Source: Eledone cirrhosa (lineage: Eukaryota). Taken from it: 64,000 nt of DNA. The notes under the pieces are model-generated. The model did no database searches and was not told the DNA's origin. It saw nothing but the letters and a program-made list of their open reading frames with translations. Below are positions 10,701 through 25,700 of the stretch, piece by piece. The stretch covers positions 62,001-126,000 of the forward strand of contig CAXHJY010001426.1 of assembly GCA_964016885.1 (NCBI GenBank), in the 5' to 3' direction. The position numbers were made by a program, and so were the translations under genes. Positions within the stretch are counted from its first letter, which is position 1. Every line of letters begins with the position of its first letter.

Positions 10701-13700
10701 ATTTTCAGCCGTCCAAGGGGAGATAATTTCCCGCCAGCCAAGGGAAGATAATATTTAAAAAAATCAGGCGGAGATAATTTATAAAAAAAATCAGGGGGAG
10801 ATAATTTGTAAAAAAATCAGGGGGAGATAATTTGTAAAAAAAAAATCAGGGGGAGATAATTTGTAAAAAAAATCAGGGGGAGATAATTTGTAAAAAAATC
10901 AAGGGGAGATAATTTCCAGCCGTCCAAGGGGAGATAATTTTTTAAAAAATCAGGTGGAGATAATTTGTAAAAAAAATCAGGGGGAGATAATTTGTAAAAA
11001 CAAAATCAAGGGCAGATAATTTCCAGCTGTCCAAGGGGAGGTAATTTCCAGCCGTCCAAGGGGATATAATTTCCAGCCGTCCAAGGGGAGATAATTTCCC
11101 GCCAGCCAAGGGAAGATAATTTTTAAAAAAATCAGGCGGAGATTGTAAAAAAAATCAGGGGGGAGATAATTTGTAAAAAAATAAGGGGGAAATAATTTGT
11201 AAAAAAAAATCAGGGGGAGATAATTTGTAAAAAAAATCATGGGGAGATAATTTGTAAAAAAAAATCAGGGGGAGATAATTTGTAAAAAAAATTAGGCGTA
11301 GATAATTTGTAAAAAAAAATCAGGGGGAGATAATTTGTAAAAAAAAATCAGGGGGAGATAATTTGTTAAAAAATCAAGGGGAGATAATTTGCAGCCGTCC
11401 AAGGGGAGATAATTTTCAGCCGTCCAAGGAGAGGTAATTTCTAGCCGTCCAAGGGGAGATAATTTCCAGCCGTCCAAGGGGAGATAATTTCCAGCCGTTC
11501 AAGGGGAGATAATTTTTAAAAAAAAATCAGGCGGAGATAATTTATAAAAAAAAATCAGGGGGAGATAATTCGTAAAAAAAATCAGGGGGAGATAATTTTT
11601 AAAAAAAATCAGGGGGAGATAATTTGTAAAAAAATCAAGGGGAGATAATTTCCAGCCGTCCAAGGGGAGATAATTTTTTAAAAAATCAGGTGGAGATAAT
11701 TTGTAAAAAAAATCAGGGGGAGATAATTTGTAAAAAAAAATCAGGGGGAGATAATTTGTAAAAAAAAATCAAGGGGAGATAATTTCCAGCCGTCCAAGGG
11801 GAGATAATTTTCAGCCGTCCAAGGGGAGATAATTTCCCGCCAGCCAAGGGAAGATAATATTTAAAAAAATTAGGCGGAGATAATTTGTAAAAAAAATCAG
11901 GGGGAGATAATTTGTAAAAAAATCAGGGGGAGATAATTTGTAAAAAAATCAAGGGGAGATAATTTGTAAAAAAAAATCAGGGGGAGATAATTTGTAAAAA
12001 AAAATCAGGGGGAGATAATTTGTAAAAAAAAATCAGGGGGAGATAATTTGTAAAAAAAAATCAGGGGGAGATAATTTGTAAAAAAAATCAAGGGGAGATA
12101 ATTTCCAGCCGTCCAAGGGGAGATAATTTTCAGCCGTCCAAGGGGAGATAATTTCCCGCCAGCCAAGAGAAGATAATATTTAAAAAAATCAGGCGGAGAT
12201 AATTTGTAAAAAAAATCAGGGGGAGATAATTTGTAAAAAAATCAGGAGGAGATAATTTGTAAAAAAAAAATCAGGGGGAGATAATTTGTAAAAAAAATCA
12301 AGGGGAGATAATTTCCAGCCGTCCAAGGGGAGGTAATATCTAGCCGTCCAAGGGGAGATAATTTCCAGCCGTCCAAGGGGAGATAATTTCCACCCGTCCA
12401 AGGGTAGATAATATCCAGCCGTCCAAGGAGAAATATTTTCCAGCCGTCCAAGGCGAGGTAATTTCTAGCCGTCCAAGGGGAGATAAATTCCAGCCTCCAA
12501 GGGGAGATAATTTCCAGCCAGCCAAGGGGAGATAATTTGTAAAAAAATCAGGGGGAGATAATTTGTAAAAAAAATCAGGGGCAGATAATTTGTAAAAAAA
12601 AATCAGGGGGAGATAATTTGTAAAAAAAAATCAGGGGGAGATAATTTGTAAAAAAAAATCAGGGGGAGATAATTTGTAAAAAAAATCAAGGGGAGATAAT
12701 TTCCAGCCGTCCAAGGGGAGATAATTTTCAGCCGTCCAAGGGGAGATAATTTCCCGCCAGCCAAGGGAAGATAATATTTAAAAAAATCAGGCGGAGATAA
12801 TTTATAAAAAAAATCAGGGGGAGATAATTTGTAAAAAAATCAGGGGGAGATAATTTGTAAAAAAAAAATCAGGGGGAGATAATTTGTAAAAAAAATCAGG
12901 GGGAGATAATTTGTAAAAAAATCAAGGGGAGATAATTTCCAGCCGTCCAAGGGGAGATAATTTTTTAAAAAATCAGGTGGAGATAATTTGTAAAAAAAAT
13001 CAGGGGGAGATAATTTGTAAAAACAAAATCAAGGGCAGATAATTTCCAGCTGTCCAAGGGGAGGTAATTTCCAGCCGTCCAAGGGGATATAATTTCCAGC
13101 CGTCCAAGGGGAGATAATTTCCCGCCAGCCAAGGGAAGATAATTTTTAAAAAAATCAGGCGGAGATTGTAAAAAAAATCAGGGGGGAGATAATTTATAAA
13201 AAAATCAGGGGGAAATAATTTGTAAAAAAAAATCAGGGGGAGATAATTTGTAAAAAAAATCAGGGGGAGATAATTTGTAAAAAAAAATCAGGGGGAGATA
13301 ATTTGTAAAAAAAATTAGGCGTAGATAATTTGTAAAAAAAAATCAGGGGGAGATAATTTGTAAAAAAAAATCAGGGGGAGATAATTTGTTAAAAAATCAA
13401 GGGGAGATAATTTGCAGCCGTCCAAGGGGAGATAATTTTCAGCCGTCCAAGGAGAGGTAATTTCTAGCCGTCCAAGGGGAGATAATTTCCAGCCGTCCAA
13501 GGGGAGATAATTTCCAGCCGTTCAAGGGGAGATAATTTTTAAAAAAAAATCAGGCGGAGATAATTTATAAAAAAAAATCAGGGGGAGATAATTCGTAAAA
13601 AAAAATCAGGGGGAGATAATTTGTAAAAAAAATCAGGGGGAGATAATTTGTAAAAAAATCAAGGGGAGATAATTTCCAGCCGTCCAAGGGGAGATAATTT

Positions 13701-16700
13701 TTTAAAAAATCAGGTGGAGATAATTTGTAAAAAAAATCAGGGGGAGATAATTTGTAAAAAAAAATCAGGGGGAGATAATTTGTAAAAAAAAATCAAGGGG
13801 AGATAATTTCCAGCCGTCCAAGGGGAGATAATTTTCAGACGTCCAAGGGGAGATAATTTCCCGCCAGCCAAGGGAAGATAATATTTAAAAAAATTAGGCG
13901 GAGATAATTTGTAAAAAAAATCAGGGGGAGATAATTTGTAAAAAAATCAGGGGGAGATAATTTCCAGCCGTCCAAGGGGAGGTAATATCTAGCCGTCCAA
14001 GGGGAGATAATTTCCAGCCGTCCAAGGGGAGATAATTTCCAGCCGTCCAAGGGTAGATAATATCCAGCCGTCCAAGGAGACATATTTTCCAGCCTTCCAA
14101 GGAGAGGTAATTTCTAGCCGTCCAAGGGGAGATAAATTCCAGCCTCCAAGGGGAGATAATTTCCAGCCAGCCAAGGGGAGATAATTTGTAAAAAAATCAG
14201 GGGGAGATAATTTGTAAAAAAAATCAGGGTGAGATAATTTGTAAAAAAAAATCAGGGGGAGATAATTTGTAAAAAAAAATCAGGGGGAGATAATTTGTAA
14301 AAAAAAATCAGGGGGAGATAATTTGTAAAAAAAATCAAGGGGAGATAATTTCCAGCCGTCCAAGGGGAGATAATTTTCAGCCGTCCAAGGGGAGATAATT
14401 TCCAGCCGTCCAAGGGAAGATAATTTTTTTAAAAATCAGGTGGAGATAATTTGTAAAAAAAATCAGGGGTAGATAATTTGTAAAAACAAAATCAAGGGCA
14501 GATAATTTCCAGCTGTCCAAGGGGAGATAATTTCCAGCCGTCCAAGGGGAGATAATTTCCAGCCGTCCAAGGGGAGATAATTTCCATCCTTCCAAGGGGA
14601 TATAATTTCCAGCCGTCCAAGGGGAGATAATTTCCCGCCAGCCAAGGGAAGATAATTTTTTAAAAAATCAGGCGGAGATTGTAAAAAAAATCAGGGTGGA
14701 GATAATTTGTAAAAAAATCAGGGGGAAATAATTTGTAAAAAAAAATCAGGGGGAGATAATTTGTAAAAAAAATCAGGGGGAGATAATTTGTAAAAAAAAA
14801 TCAGGGGGAGATAATTAGTAAAAAAAATTAGGCGTAGATAATTTGTAAAAAAAAATCAGGGGGAGATAATTTGTAAAAAAAAATCAGGGGGAGATAATTT
14901 GTTAAAAAATCAAGGGGAGATAATTTGCAGCCGTCCAAGGGGAGATAATTTTCAGCCGTCCAAGGAGAGGTAATTTCTAGCCGTCCAAGGGGAGATAATT
15001 TCCAGCCGTCCAAGGGGAGATAATTTCCAGCCGTTCAAGGGGAGATAATTTTTAAAAAAAAATCAGGCGGAGATAATTTGTAAAAAAAAATCAGGGTGAG
15101 ATAATTCGTAAAAAAAAATCAGGGGGAGATAATTTGTAAAAAAAAATTAGGGGGAGATAAATTGTAAAAAAAATCAAGGGGAGATAATTTCCAGCCGTCC
15201 AAGGGGAGGTAATATCTAGCCGTCCAAGGGGAGATAATTTCCAGCCGTCCAAGGGGAGATAATTTCCAGCCGTCCAAGGGGAGATAATTTCCAGCCGTCC
15301 AAGGAGACATATTTTCCAGCCGTCCAAGGCGAGGTAATTTCTAGCCGTCCAAGGGGAGATAAATTCCAGCCTCCAAGGGGAGATAATTTCCAGCCAGCCA
15401 AGGGGAGATAATTTGTAAAAAAATCAGGGGGAGATAATTTGTAAAAAATATCAGGGGGAGATAATTTGTAAAAAAAATCAGGGGGAGATAATTTGTAAAA
15501 AAAAATTAGGGGGAGATAATTTGTAAAAAAAATCAGGGGGAGATAATTTGTAAAAAAAATCAAGGGGAGATAATTTCCAGCCGTCCAAGGGGAGATAATT
15601 TTCAGCTGTCCAAGGAGAGGTAATTTCTAGTCGTCCGAGGAGAGATAATTTCCAGCTGTCCAAGGGGAGATAATTTCCAGCCGTCCAAGGGGAGATAATT
15701 TCCAGCCGTCCAAGGAGACATATTTTCCAGCAGTCCAAGGAGAGGTAATTTCTAACCGTCCAAGGGGAGATAAATTCCAGCCTCCAAGGGGAGATAATTT
15801 CCAGCCAGCCAAGGGGAGATAATTTGTAAAAAAAATCAGAGGGAGATAATTTGTAAAAAAAAATCAGGGGGAGATAATTTGTAAAAAATAATCAGGGGGA
15901 GATAATTTGTAAAAAAATCAAGGGGAGATAATTTCCAGCCGTCCAAGGGGAGATAATTTTCAGCCGTCCAAGGGGAGATAATTTCCCGCCAGCCAAGGGA
16001 AGATAATATTTAAAAAAATTAGGCGGAGATAATTTGTAAAAAAAATCGGTGGGAGATAATTTGTAAAAAAATCAGGGGGAGATAATTTGTAAAAAAAATC
16101 AGGGGGAGATAATTTGTAAAAAAAATCAGGGGGAGATAATTTGTAAAAAAAAATCAGGGGTAGATAATTTGTAAAAAAAAATCAGGGGGAGATAATTTGT
16201 AAAAAAAAATCAGGGAGAGATAATTTGTAAAAAAAATCAGGGGGAGATAATTTGTAAAAAAAAATCAGGGGTAGATAATTTGTAAAAAAAAATCAGGGGG
16301 TGATAATTTGTAAAAAAAAATCAGGGGGAGATAATTTGTAAAAAAAATCAAGGGGAGATAATTTCCAGCCGTCCTAGGGGAGCTAATATCTAGCCGTCCA
16401 AGGGGAGATAATTTCCAGCCGTCCAAGTGGAGATAATTTCCAGCCGTCCAAGGGTAGATAATATCCAGCCGTCCAAGGACATATTTTCCAGCCGTCCAAG
16501 GAGAGGTAATTTCTAGCCGTCCAAGGGGAGATAAATTCCAGCCTCCAAGGGGAGATAATTTCCAGCCGTCCAAGGGGAGATAATTTTTTAAAAAATCAGG
16601 TGGAGATAATTTGTAAAAAAAATCAGGGGGAGATAATTTGTAAAAACAAAATCAAGGGCAGATAATTTCCAGCTGTCCAAGGGGAGGTAATTTCCAGCCG

Positions 16701-19700
16701 TCCAAGGGGATATAATTTCCAGCCGTCCAAGGGGAGATAATTTCCCGCCAGCCAAGGGAAGATAATTTTTAAAAAAATCAGGCGGAGATTGTAAAAAAAA
16801 TCAGGGGGGAGATAATTTGTAAAAAAATAAGGGGGAAATAATTTGTAAAAAAAAATCAGGGGGAGATAATTTGTAAAAAAAATCATGGGGAGATAATTTG
16901 TAAAAAAAAATCAGGGGGAGATAATTTGTAAAAAAAATTAGGCGTAGATAATTTGTAAAAAAAAATCAGGGGGAGATAATTTGTAAAAAAAAATCAGGGG
17001 GAGATAATTTGTTAAAAAATCAAGGGGAGATAATTTGCAGCCGTCCAAGGGGAGATAATTTTCAGCCGTCCAAGGAGAGGTAATTTCTAGCCGTCCAAGG
17101 GGAGATAATTTCCAGCCGTCCAAGGGGAGATAATTTCCAGCCGTTCAAGGGGAGATAATTTTTAAAAAAAAATCAGGCGGAGATAATTTATAAAAAAAAA
17201 TCAGGGGAAGATAATTCGTAAAAAAAATCAGGGGGAGATAATTTTTAAAAAAAATCAGGGGGAGATAATTTGTAAAAAAATCAAGGGGAGATAATTTCCA
17301 GCCGTCCAAGGGGAGATAATTTTTTAAAAAATCAGGTGGAGATAATTTGTAAAAAAAATCAGGGGGAGATAATTTGTAAAAAAAAATCAGGGGGAGATAA
17401 TTTGTAAAAAAAAATCAAGGGGAGATAATTTCCAGCCGTCCAAGGGGAGATAATTTTCAGCCGTCCAAGGGGAGATAATTTCCCGCCAGCCAAGGGAAGA
17501 TAATATTTAAAAAAATTAGGCGGAGATAATTTGTAAAAAAAATCAGGGGGAGATAATTTGTAAAAAAATCAGGGGGAGATAATTTGTAAAAAAATCAAGG
17601 GGAGATAATTTCCAGCCGTCCAAGGGGAGGTAATATCTAGCCGTCCAAGGGGAGATAATTTCCAGCCGTCCAAAGGGAGATAATTTCCAGCCGTCCAAGG
17701 GTAGATAATATCCAGCCGTCCAAGGACATATTTTCCAGCCGTCCAAGGAGAGGTAATTTCTAGCCGTCCAAGGGGAGCTAAATTCCAGCCTCCAAGGGGA
17801 GATAATTTCCAGCCAGCTAAGGGGAGATAATTTGTAAAAAAATCAAGGGGAGATAATTTGTAAAAAAAAATCAGGGGGAGATAATTTGTAAAAAAAAATC
17901 AGGGGGAGATAATTTGTAAAAAAAAATCAGGGGGAGATAATTTGTAAAAAAAATCAAGGGGAGATAATTTCCAGCCGTCCAAGGGGAGATAATTTTCAGC
18001 CGTCCAAGGGGAGATAATTTCCCGCCAGCCAAGAGAAGATAATATTTAAAAAAATCAGGCGGAGATAATTTGTAAAAAAAATCAGGGGGAGATAATTTGT
18101 AAATAAATCAGGAGGAGATAATTTGTAAAAAAAAAATCAGGGGGAGATAATTTGTAAAAAAAATCAAGGGGAGATAATTTCCAGCCGTCCAAGGGGAGGT
18201 AATATCTAGCCGTCCAAGGGGAGATAATTTCCAGCCGTCCAAGGGGAGATAATTTCCACCCGTCCAAGGGTAGATAATATCCAGCCGTCCAAGGAGAAAT
18301 ATTTTCCAGCCGTCCAAGGCGAGGTAATTTCTAGCCGTCCAAGGGGAGATAAATTCCAGCCTCCAAGGGGAGATAATTTCCAGCCAGCCAAGGGGAGATA
18401 ATTTGTAAAAAAATCAGGGGGAGATAATTTGTAAAAAAAATCAGGGGCAGATAATTTGTAAAAAAAAATCAGGGGGAGATAATTTGTAAAAAAAAATCAG
18501 GGGGAGATAATTTGTAAAAAAAAATCAGGGGGAGATAATTTGTAAAAAAAATCAAGGGGAGATAATTTCCAGCCGTCCAAGGGGAGATAATTTTCAGCCG
18601 TCCAAGGGGAGATAATTTCCCGCCAGCCAAGGGAAGATAATATTTAAAAAAATCAGGCGGAGATAATTTATAAAAAAAATCAGGGGGAGATAATTTGTAA
18701 AAAAATCAGGGGGAGATAATTTGTAAAAAAAAAATCAGGGGGAGATAATTTGTAAAAAAAATCAGGGGGAGATAATTTGTAAAAAAATCAAGGGGAGATA
18801 ATTTCCAGCCGTCCAAGGGGAGATAATTTTTTAAAAAATCAGGTGGAGATAATTTGTAAAAAAAATCAGGGGGAGATAATTTGTAAAAACAAAATCAAGG
18901 GCAGATAATTTCCAGCTGTCCAAGGGGAGGTAATTTCCAGCCGTCCAAGGGGATATAATTTCCAGCCGTCCAAGGGGAGATAATTTCCCGCCAGCCAAGG
19001 GAAGATAATTTTTAAAAAAATCAGGCGGAGATTGTAAAAAAAATCAGGGGGGAGATAATTTATAAAAAAATCAGGGGGAAATAATTTGTAAAAAAAAATC
19101 AGGGGGAGATAATTTGTAAAAAAAATCAGGGGGAGATAATTTGTAAAAAAAAATCAGGGGGAGATAATTTGTAAAAAAAATTAGGCGTAGATAATTTGTA
19201 AAAAAAAATCAGGGGGAGATAATTTGTAAAAAAAAATCAGGGGGAGATAATTTGTTAAAAAATCAAGGGGAGATAATTTGCAGCCGTCCAAGGGGAGATA
19301 ATTTTCAGCCGTCCAAGGAGAGGTAATTTCTAGCCGTCCAAGGGGAGATAATTTCCAGCCGTCCAAGGGGAGATAATTTCCAGCCGTTCAAGGGGAGATA
19401 ATTTTTAAAAAAAAATCAGGCGGAGATAATTTATAAAAAAAAATCAGGGGGAGATAATTCGTAAAAAAAAATCAGGGGGAGATAATTTGTAAAAAAAATC
19501 AGGGGGAGATAATTTGTAAAAAAATCAAGGGGAGATAATTTCCAGCCGTCCAAGGGGAGATAATTTTTTAAAAAATCAGGTGGAGATAATTTGTAAAAAA
19601 AATCAGGGGGAGATAATTTGTAAAAAAAAATCAGGGGGAGATAATTTGTAAAAAAAAATCAAGGGGAGATAATTTCCAGCCGTCCAAGGGGAGATAATTT

Positions 19701-22700
19701 TCAGACGTCCAAGGGGAGATAATTTCCCGCCAGCCAAGGGAAGATAATATTTAAAAAAATTAGGCGGAGATAATTTGTAAAAAAAATCAGGGGGAGATAA
19801 TTTGTAAAAAAATCAGGGGGAGATAATTTCCAGCCGTCCAAGGGGAGGTAATATCTAGCCGTCCAAGGGGAGATAATTTCCAGCCGTCCAAGGGGAGATA
19901 ATTTCCAGCCGTCCAAGGGTAGATAATATCCAGCCGTCCAAGGAGACATATTTTCCAGCCTTCCAAGGAGAGGTAATTTCTAGCCGTCCAAGGGGAGATA
20001 AATTCCAGCCTCCAAGGGGAGATAATTTCCAGCCAGCCAAGGGGAGATAATTTGTAAAAAAATCAGGGGGAGATAATTTGTAAAAAAAATCAGGGTGAGA
20101 TAATTTGTAAAAAAAAATCAGGGGGAGATAATTTGTAAAAAAAAATCAGGGGGAGATAATTTGTAAAAAAAAATCAGGGGGAGATAATTTGTAAAAAAAA
20201 TCAAGGGGAGATAATTTCCAGCCGTCCAAGGGGAGATAATTTTCAGCCGTCCAAGGGGAGATAATTTCCAGCCGTCCAAGGGAAGATAATTTTTTTAAAA
20301 ATCAGGTGGAGATAATTTGTAAAAAAAATCAGGGGTAGATAATTTGTAAAAACAAAATCAAGGGCAGATAATTTCCAGCTGTCCAAGGGGAGATAATTTC
20401 CAGCCGTCCAAGGGGAGATAATTTCCAGCCGTCCAAGGGGAGATAATTTCCATCCTTCCAAGGGGATATAATTTCCAGCCGTCCAAGGGGAGATAATTTC
20501 CCGCCAGCCAAGGGAAGATAATTTTTTAAAAAATCAGGCGGAGATTGTAAAAAAAATCAGGGTGGAGATAATTTGTAAAAAAATCAGGGGGAAATAATTT
20601 GTAAAAAAAAATCAGGGGGAGATAATTTGTAAAAAAAATCAGGGGGAGATAATTTGTAAAAAAAAATCAGGGGGAGATAATTAGTAAAAAAAATTAGGCG
20701 TAGATAATTTGTAAAAAAAAATCAGGGGGAGATAATTTGTAAAAAAAAATCAGGGGGAGATAATTTGTTAAAAAATCAAGGGGAGATAATTTGCAGCCGT
20801 CCAAGGGGAGATAATTTTCAGCCGTCCAAGGAGAGGTAATTTCTAGCCGTCCAAGGGGAGATAATTTCCAGCCGTCCAAGGGGAGATAATTTCCAGCCGT
20901 TCAAGGGGAGATAATTTTAAAAAAAAAATCAGGCGGAGATAATTTGTAAAAAAAAATCAGGGTGAGATAATTCGTAAAAAAAAATCAGGGGGAGATAATT
21001 TGTAAAAAAAAATTAGGGGGAGATAAATTGTAAAAAAAATCAAGGGGAGATAATTTCCAGCCGTCCAAGGGGAGGTAATATCTAGCCGTCCAAGGGGAGA
21101 TAATTTCCAGCCGTCCAAGGGGAGATAATTTCCAGCCGTCCAAGGGGAGATAATTTCCAGCCGTCCAAGGAGACATATTTTCCAGCCGTCCAAGGCGAGG
21201 TAATTTCTAGCCGTCCAAGGGGAGATAAATTCCAGCCTCCAAGGGGAGATAATTTCCAGCCAGCCAAGGGGAGATAATTTGTAAAAAAATCAGGGGGAGA
21301 TAATTTGTAAAAAATATCAGGGGGAGATAATTTGTAAAAAAAATCAGGGGGAGATAATTTGTAAAAAAAAATTAGGGGGAGATAATTTGTAAAAAAAATC
21401 AGGGGGAGATAATTTGTAAAAAAAATCAAGGGGAGATAATTTCCAGCCGTCCAAGGGGAGATAATTTTCAGCTGTCCAAGGAGAGGTAATTTCTAGTCGT
21501 CCGAGGAGAGATAATTTCCAGCTGTCCAAGGGGAGATAATTTCCAGCCGTCCAAGGGGAGATAATTTCCAGCCGTCCAAGGAGACATATTTTCCAGCAGT
21601 CCAAGGAGAGGTAATTTCTAACCGTCCAAGGGGAGATAAATTCCAGCCTCCAAGGGGAGATAATTTCCAGCCAGCCAAGGGGAGATAATTTGTAAAAAAA
21701 ATCAGAGGGAGATAATTTGTAAAAAAAAATCAGGGGGAGATAATTTGTAAAAAATAATCAGGGGGAGATAATTTGTAAAAAAATCAAGGGGAGATAATTT
21801 CCAGCCGTCCAAGGGGAGATAATTTTCAGCCGTCCAAGGGGAGATAATTTCCCGCCAGCCAAGGGAAGATAATATTTAAAAAAATTAGGCGGAGATAATT
21901 TGTAAAAAAAATCGGGGGGAGATAATTTGTAAAAAAATCAGGGGGAGATAATTTGTAAAAAAAATCAGGGGGAGATAATTTGTAAAAAAAATCAGGGGGA
22001 GATAATTTGTAAAAAAAAATCAGGGGTAGATAATTTGTAAAAAAAAATCAGGGGGAGATAATTTGTAAAAAAAAATCAGGGAGAGATAATTTGTAAAAAA
22101 AATCAGGGGGAGATAATTTGTAAAAAAAAATCAGGGGTAGATAATTTGTAAAAAAAAATCAGGGGGTGATAATTTGTAAAAAAAAATCAGGGGGAGATAA
22201 TTTGTAAAAAAAATCAAGGGGAGATAATTTCCAGCCGTCCTAGGGGAGCTAATATCTAGCCGTCCAAGGGGAGATAATTTCCAGCCGTCCAAGTGGAGAT
22301 AATTTCCAGCCGTCCAAGGGTAGATAATATCCAGCCGTCCAAGGACATATTTTCCAGCCGTCCAAGGAGAGGTAATTTCTAGCCGTCCAAGGGGAGATAA
22401 ATTCCAGCCTCCAAGGGGAGATAATTTCCAGCCAGCTAAGGGGAGATAATTTGTAAAAAAATCAGGGGGAGATAATTTGTAAAAAAATCAGGGGGAGATA
22501 ATTTGTAAAAAAAAATCAGGGGGAGATAATTTGTAAAAAAAAATCAGGGGGAGATAATTTGTAAAAAAAAATCAGGGGGAGATAATTTGTAAAAAAAATC
22601 AAGGGGAGATAATTTCCAGCCGTCCAAGGGGAGATAATTTTCAGCCGTCCAAGGGGAGATAATTTCCCGCCAGCCAAGAGAAGATAATATTTAAAAAAAT

Positions 22701-25700
22701 CAGGCGGAGATAATTTGTAAAAAAAATCAGGGGGAGATAATTTGTAAAAAAATCAGGGGGAGATAATTTGTAAAAAAAATCAGGGGGAGATAATTTGTAA
22801 AAAAATCAAGGGGAGATAATTTCCAGCCGTCCAAAGGGAGATAATTTTTTAAAAAATCAGGTGGAGATAATTTGTAAAAAAAATCAGGGGGAGATAATTT
22901 GTAAAAACAAAATCAAGGGCAGATAATTTCCAGCTGTCCAAGGGGAGGTAATTTCCAGCCGTCCAAGGGGATATAATTTCCAGCCGTCCAAGGGGAGATA
23001 ATTTCCCGCCAGCCAAGGGAAGATAATTTTTTAAAAAATCAGGCGGAGATTGTAAAAAAAATCAGAGGGGAGATAATTTGTAAAAAAATCAGGGGGATAA
23101 TTTGTAAAAAAAAATCAGGGGGAGATAATTTGTAAAAAAAATCAGGGGGAGATAATTTGTAAAAAAAAATCAGGGGGAGATAATTTGTAAAAAAAATTAG
23201 GCGTAGATAATTTGTAAAAAAAAATCAGGGGGAGATAATTTGTAAAAAAAAATCAGGGGGAGATAATTTGTTAAAAAATCAAGGGGAGATAATTTGCAGC
23301 CGTCCAAGGGGAGATAATTTTCAGCCGTCCAAGGAGAGGTAATTTCTAGCCGTCCAAGGGGAGATAATTTTTAAAAAAAAATCAGGCGGAGATAATTTCT
23401 AAAAAAAAATCAGGGGGAGATGATTCGTAAAAAAAAATCAGGGGGAGATAATTTGTAAAAAAAAATCAGGGGGAGATAATTTGTAAAAAAAATCAAGGGG
23501 AGATAATTTCCAGCCGTCCAAGGGGAGGTAATATCTAGCCGTCCAAGGGGAGATAATTTCCAGCCGTCCAAGGGGAGATAATTTCCAGCCGTCCAAGGGG
23601 AGATAATTTCCAGCCGTCCAAGGGGATATAATTTCCAGCCGTCCAAGGGTAGATAATATCCAGCCGTCCAAGGAGACATATTTTCCAGCCGTCCAAGGAG
23701 AGGTAATTTCTAGCCGTCCAAGGGGAGATAAATTCCAGCCTCCAAGGGGAGATAATTTCCAGCCAGCCAAGGGGAGATAATTTGTAAAAAAATCAGGGGG
23801 AGATAATTTGTAAAAAAAATCAGGGTGAGATAATTTGTAAAAAAAAATCAGGGGGAGATAATTTGTAAAAAAAAATCAGGGGGAGATAATTTGTAAAAAA
23901 AAATCAGGGGGAGATAATTTGTAAAAAAACCAAGGGGAGATAATTTCCAGCCGTCCAAGGGGAGGTAATATCTAGCCGTCCAAGGGGAGATAATTTCCAG
24001 CCGTCCAAGGGGAGATAATTTCCAGCCGTCCAAGGGGAGATAATTTCCAGCCGTCCAAGGAGACATATTTTCCAGCCGTCCAAGGCGAGGTAATTTCTAG
24101 CCGTCCAAGGGGAGATAAATTCCAGCCTCCAAGGGGAGATAATTTCCAGCCAGCCAAGGGGAGATAATTTGTAAAAAAATCAGGGGGAGATAATTTGTAA
24201 AAAATATCAGGGGGAGATAATTTGTAAAAAAAATCAGGGGGAGATAATTTGTAAAATAAAATCAGGGGGAGATAATTTGTAAAAAAAAATCAGGGGGAGA
24301 TAATTTGTAAAAAAAATCAAGGGGAGATAATTTCCAGCCGTCCAAGGGGAGATAATTTTCAGCTGTCCAAGGAGAGGTAATTTCTAGTCGTCCGAGGAGA
24401 GATAATTTCCAGCCGTCCAAGGGGAGATAATTTCCAGCCGTCCCAGGGGAGATAATTTCCAGCCGTCCAAGGAGACATATTTTCCAGCAGTCCAAGGAGA
24501 GGTAATTTCTAACCGTCCAAGGGGAGATAAATTCCAGCCTCCAAGGGGAGATAATTTCCAGCCAGCCATGGGGAGATAATTTGTAAAAAAAATCAGAGGG
24601 AGATAATTTGTAAAAAAAAATCAGGGGGAGATAATTTGTAAAAAATAATCAGGGGGAGATAATTTGTAAAAAAATCAAGGGGAGATAATTTCCAGCCGTC
24701 CAAGGGGAGATAATTTTCAGCCGTCCAAGGGGAGATAATTTCCCGCCAGCCAAGGGAAGATAATATTTAAAAAAATTAGGCGGAGATAATTTGTAAAAAA
24801 AATCGGGGGGAGATAATTTGTAAAAAAATCAGGGGGAGATAATTTGTAAAAAAAATCAGGGGGAGATAATTTGTAAAAAAAATCAGGGGGAGATAATTTG
24901 TAAAAAAAAATCAGGGGTAGATAATTTGTAAAAAAAAATCAGGGGGAGATAATTTGTAAAAAAAAATCAGGGAGAGATAATTTGTAAAAAAAATCAGGGG
25001 GAGATAATTTGTAAAAAAAAATCAGGGGTAGATAATTTCCAGCCGTCCAAGGGGAGCTAATATCTAGCCGTCCAAGGGGAGATAATTTCCAGCCGTCCAA
25101 GGGGAGATAATTTCCAGCCGTCCAAGGGTAGATAATATCCAGCCGTCCAAGGACATATTTTCCAGCCGTCCAAGGAGAGGTAATTTCTAGCCGTCCAAGG
25201 GGAGATAAATTCCAGCCTCCAAGGGGAGATAATTTCCAGCCAGCTAAGGGGAGATAATTTGTAAAAAAATCAGGGGGAGATAATTTGTAAAAAAAATCAG
25301 GGGGAGATAATTTGTAAAAAAAAATCAGGGGGAGATAATTTGTAAAAAAAAATCAGGGGGAGATAATTTGTAAAAAAAAATCAGGGGGAGATAATTTGTA
25401 AAAAAAATCAAGGGGAGATAATTTCCAGCCGTCCAAGGGGAGATAATTTTCAGCCGTCCAAGGGGAGATAATTTCCCGCCAGCCAAGAGAAGATAATATT
25501 TAAAAAAATCAGGTGGAGATAATTTGTAAAAAAAATCAGGGGGAGATAATTTGTAAAAAAATCAGGGGGAGATAATTTGTAAAAAAAAATCAGGGGGAGA
25601 TAATTTGTAAAAAAAATCAAGGGGAGATAATTTCCAGCCGTCCAAGGGGAGGTAATATCTAGCCGTCCAAGGGGAGATAATTTCCAGCCGTCCAAGGGGA

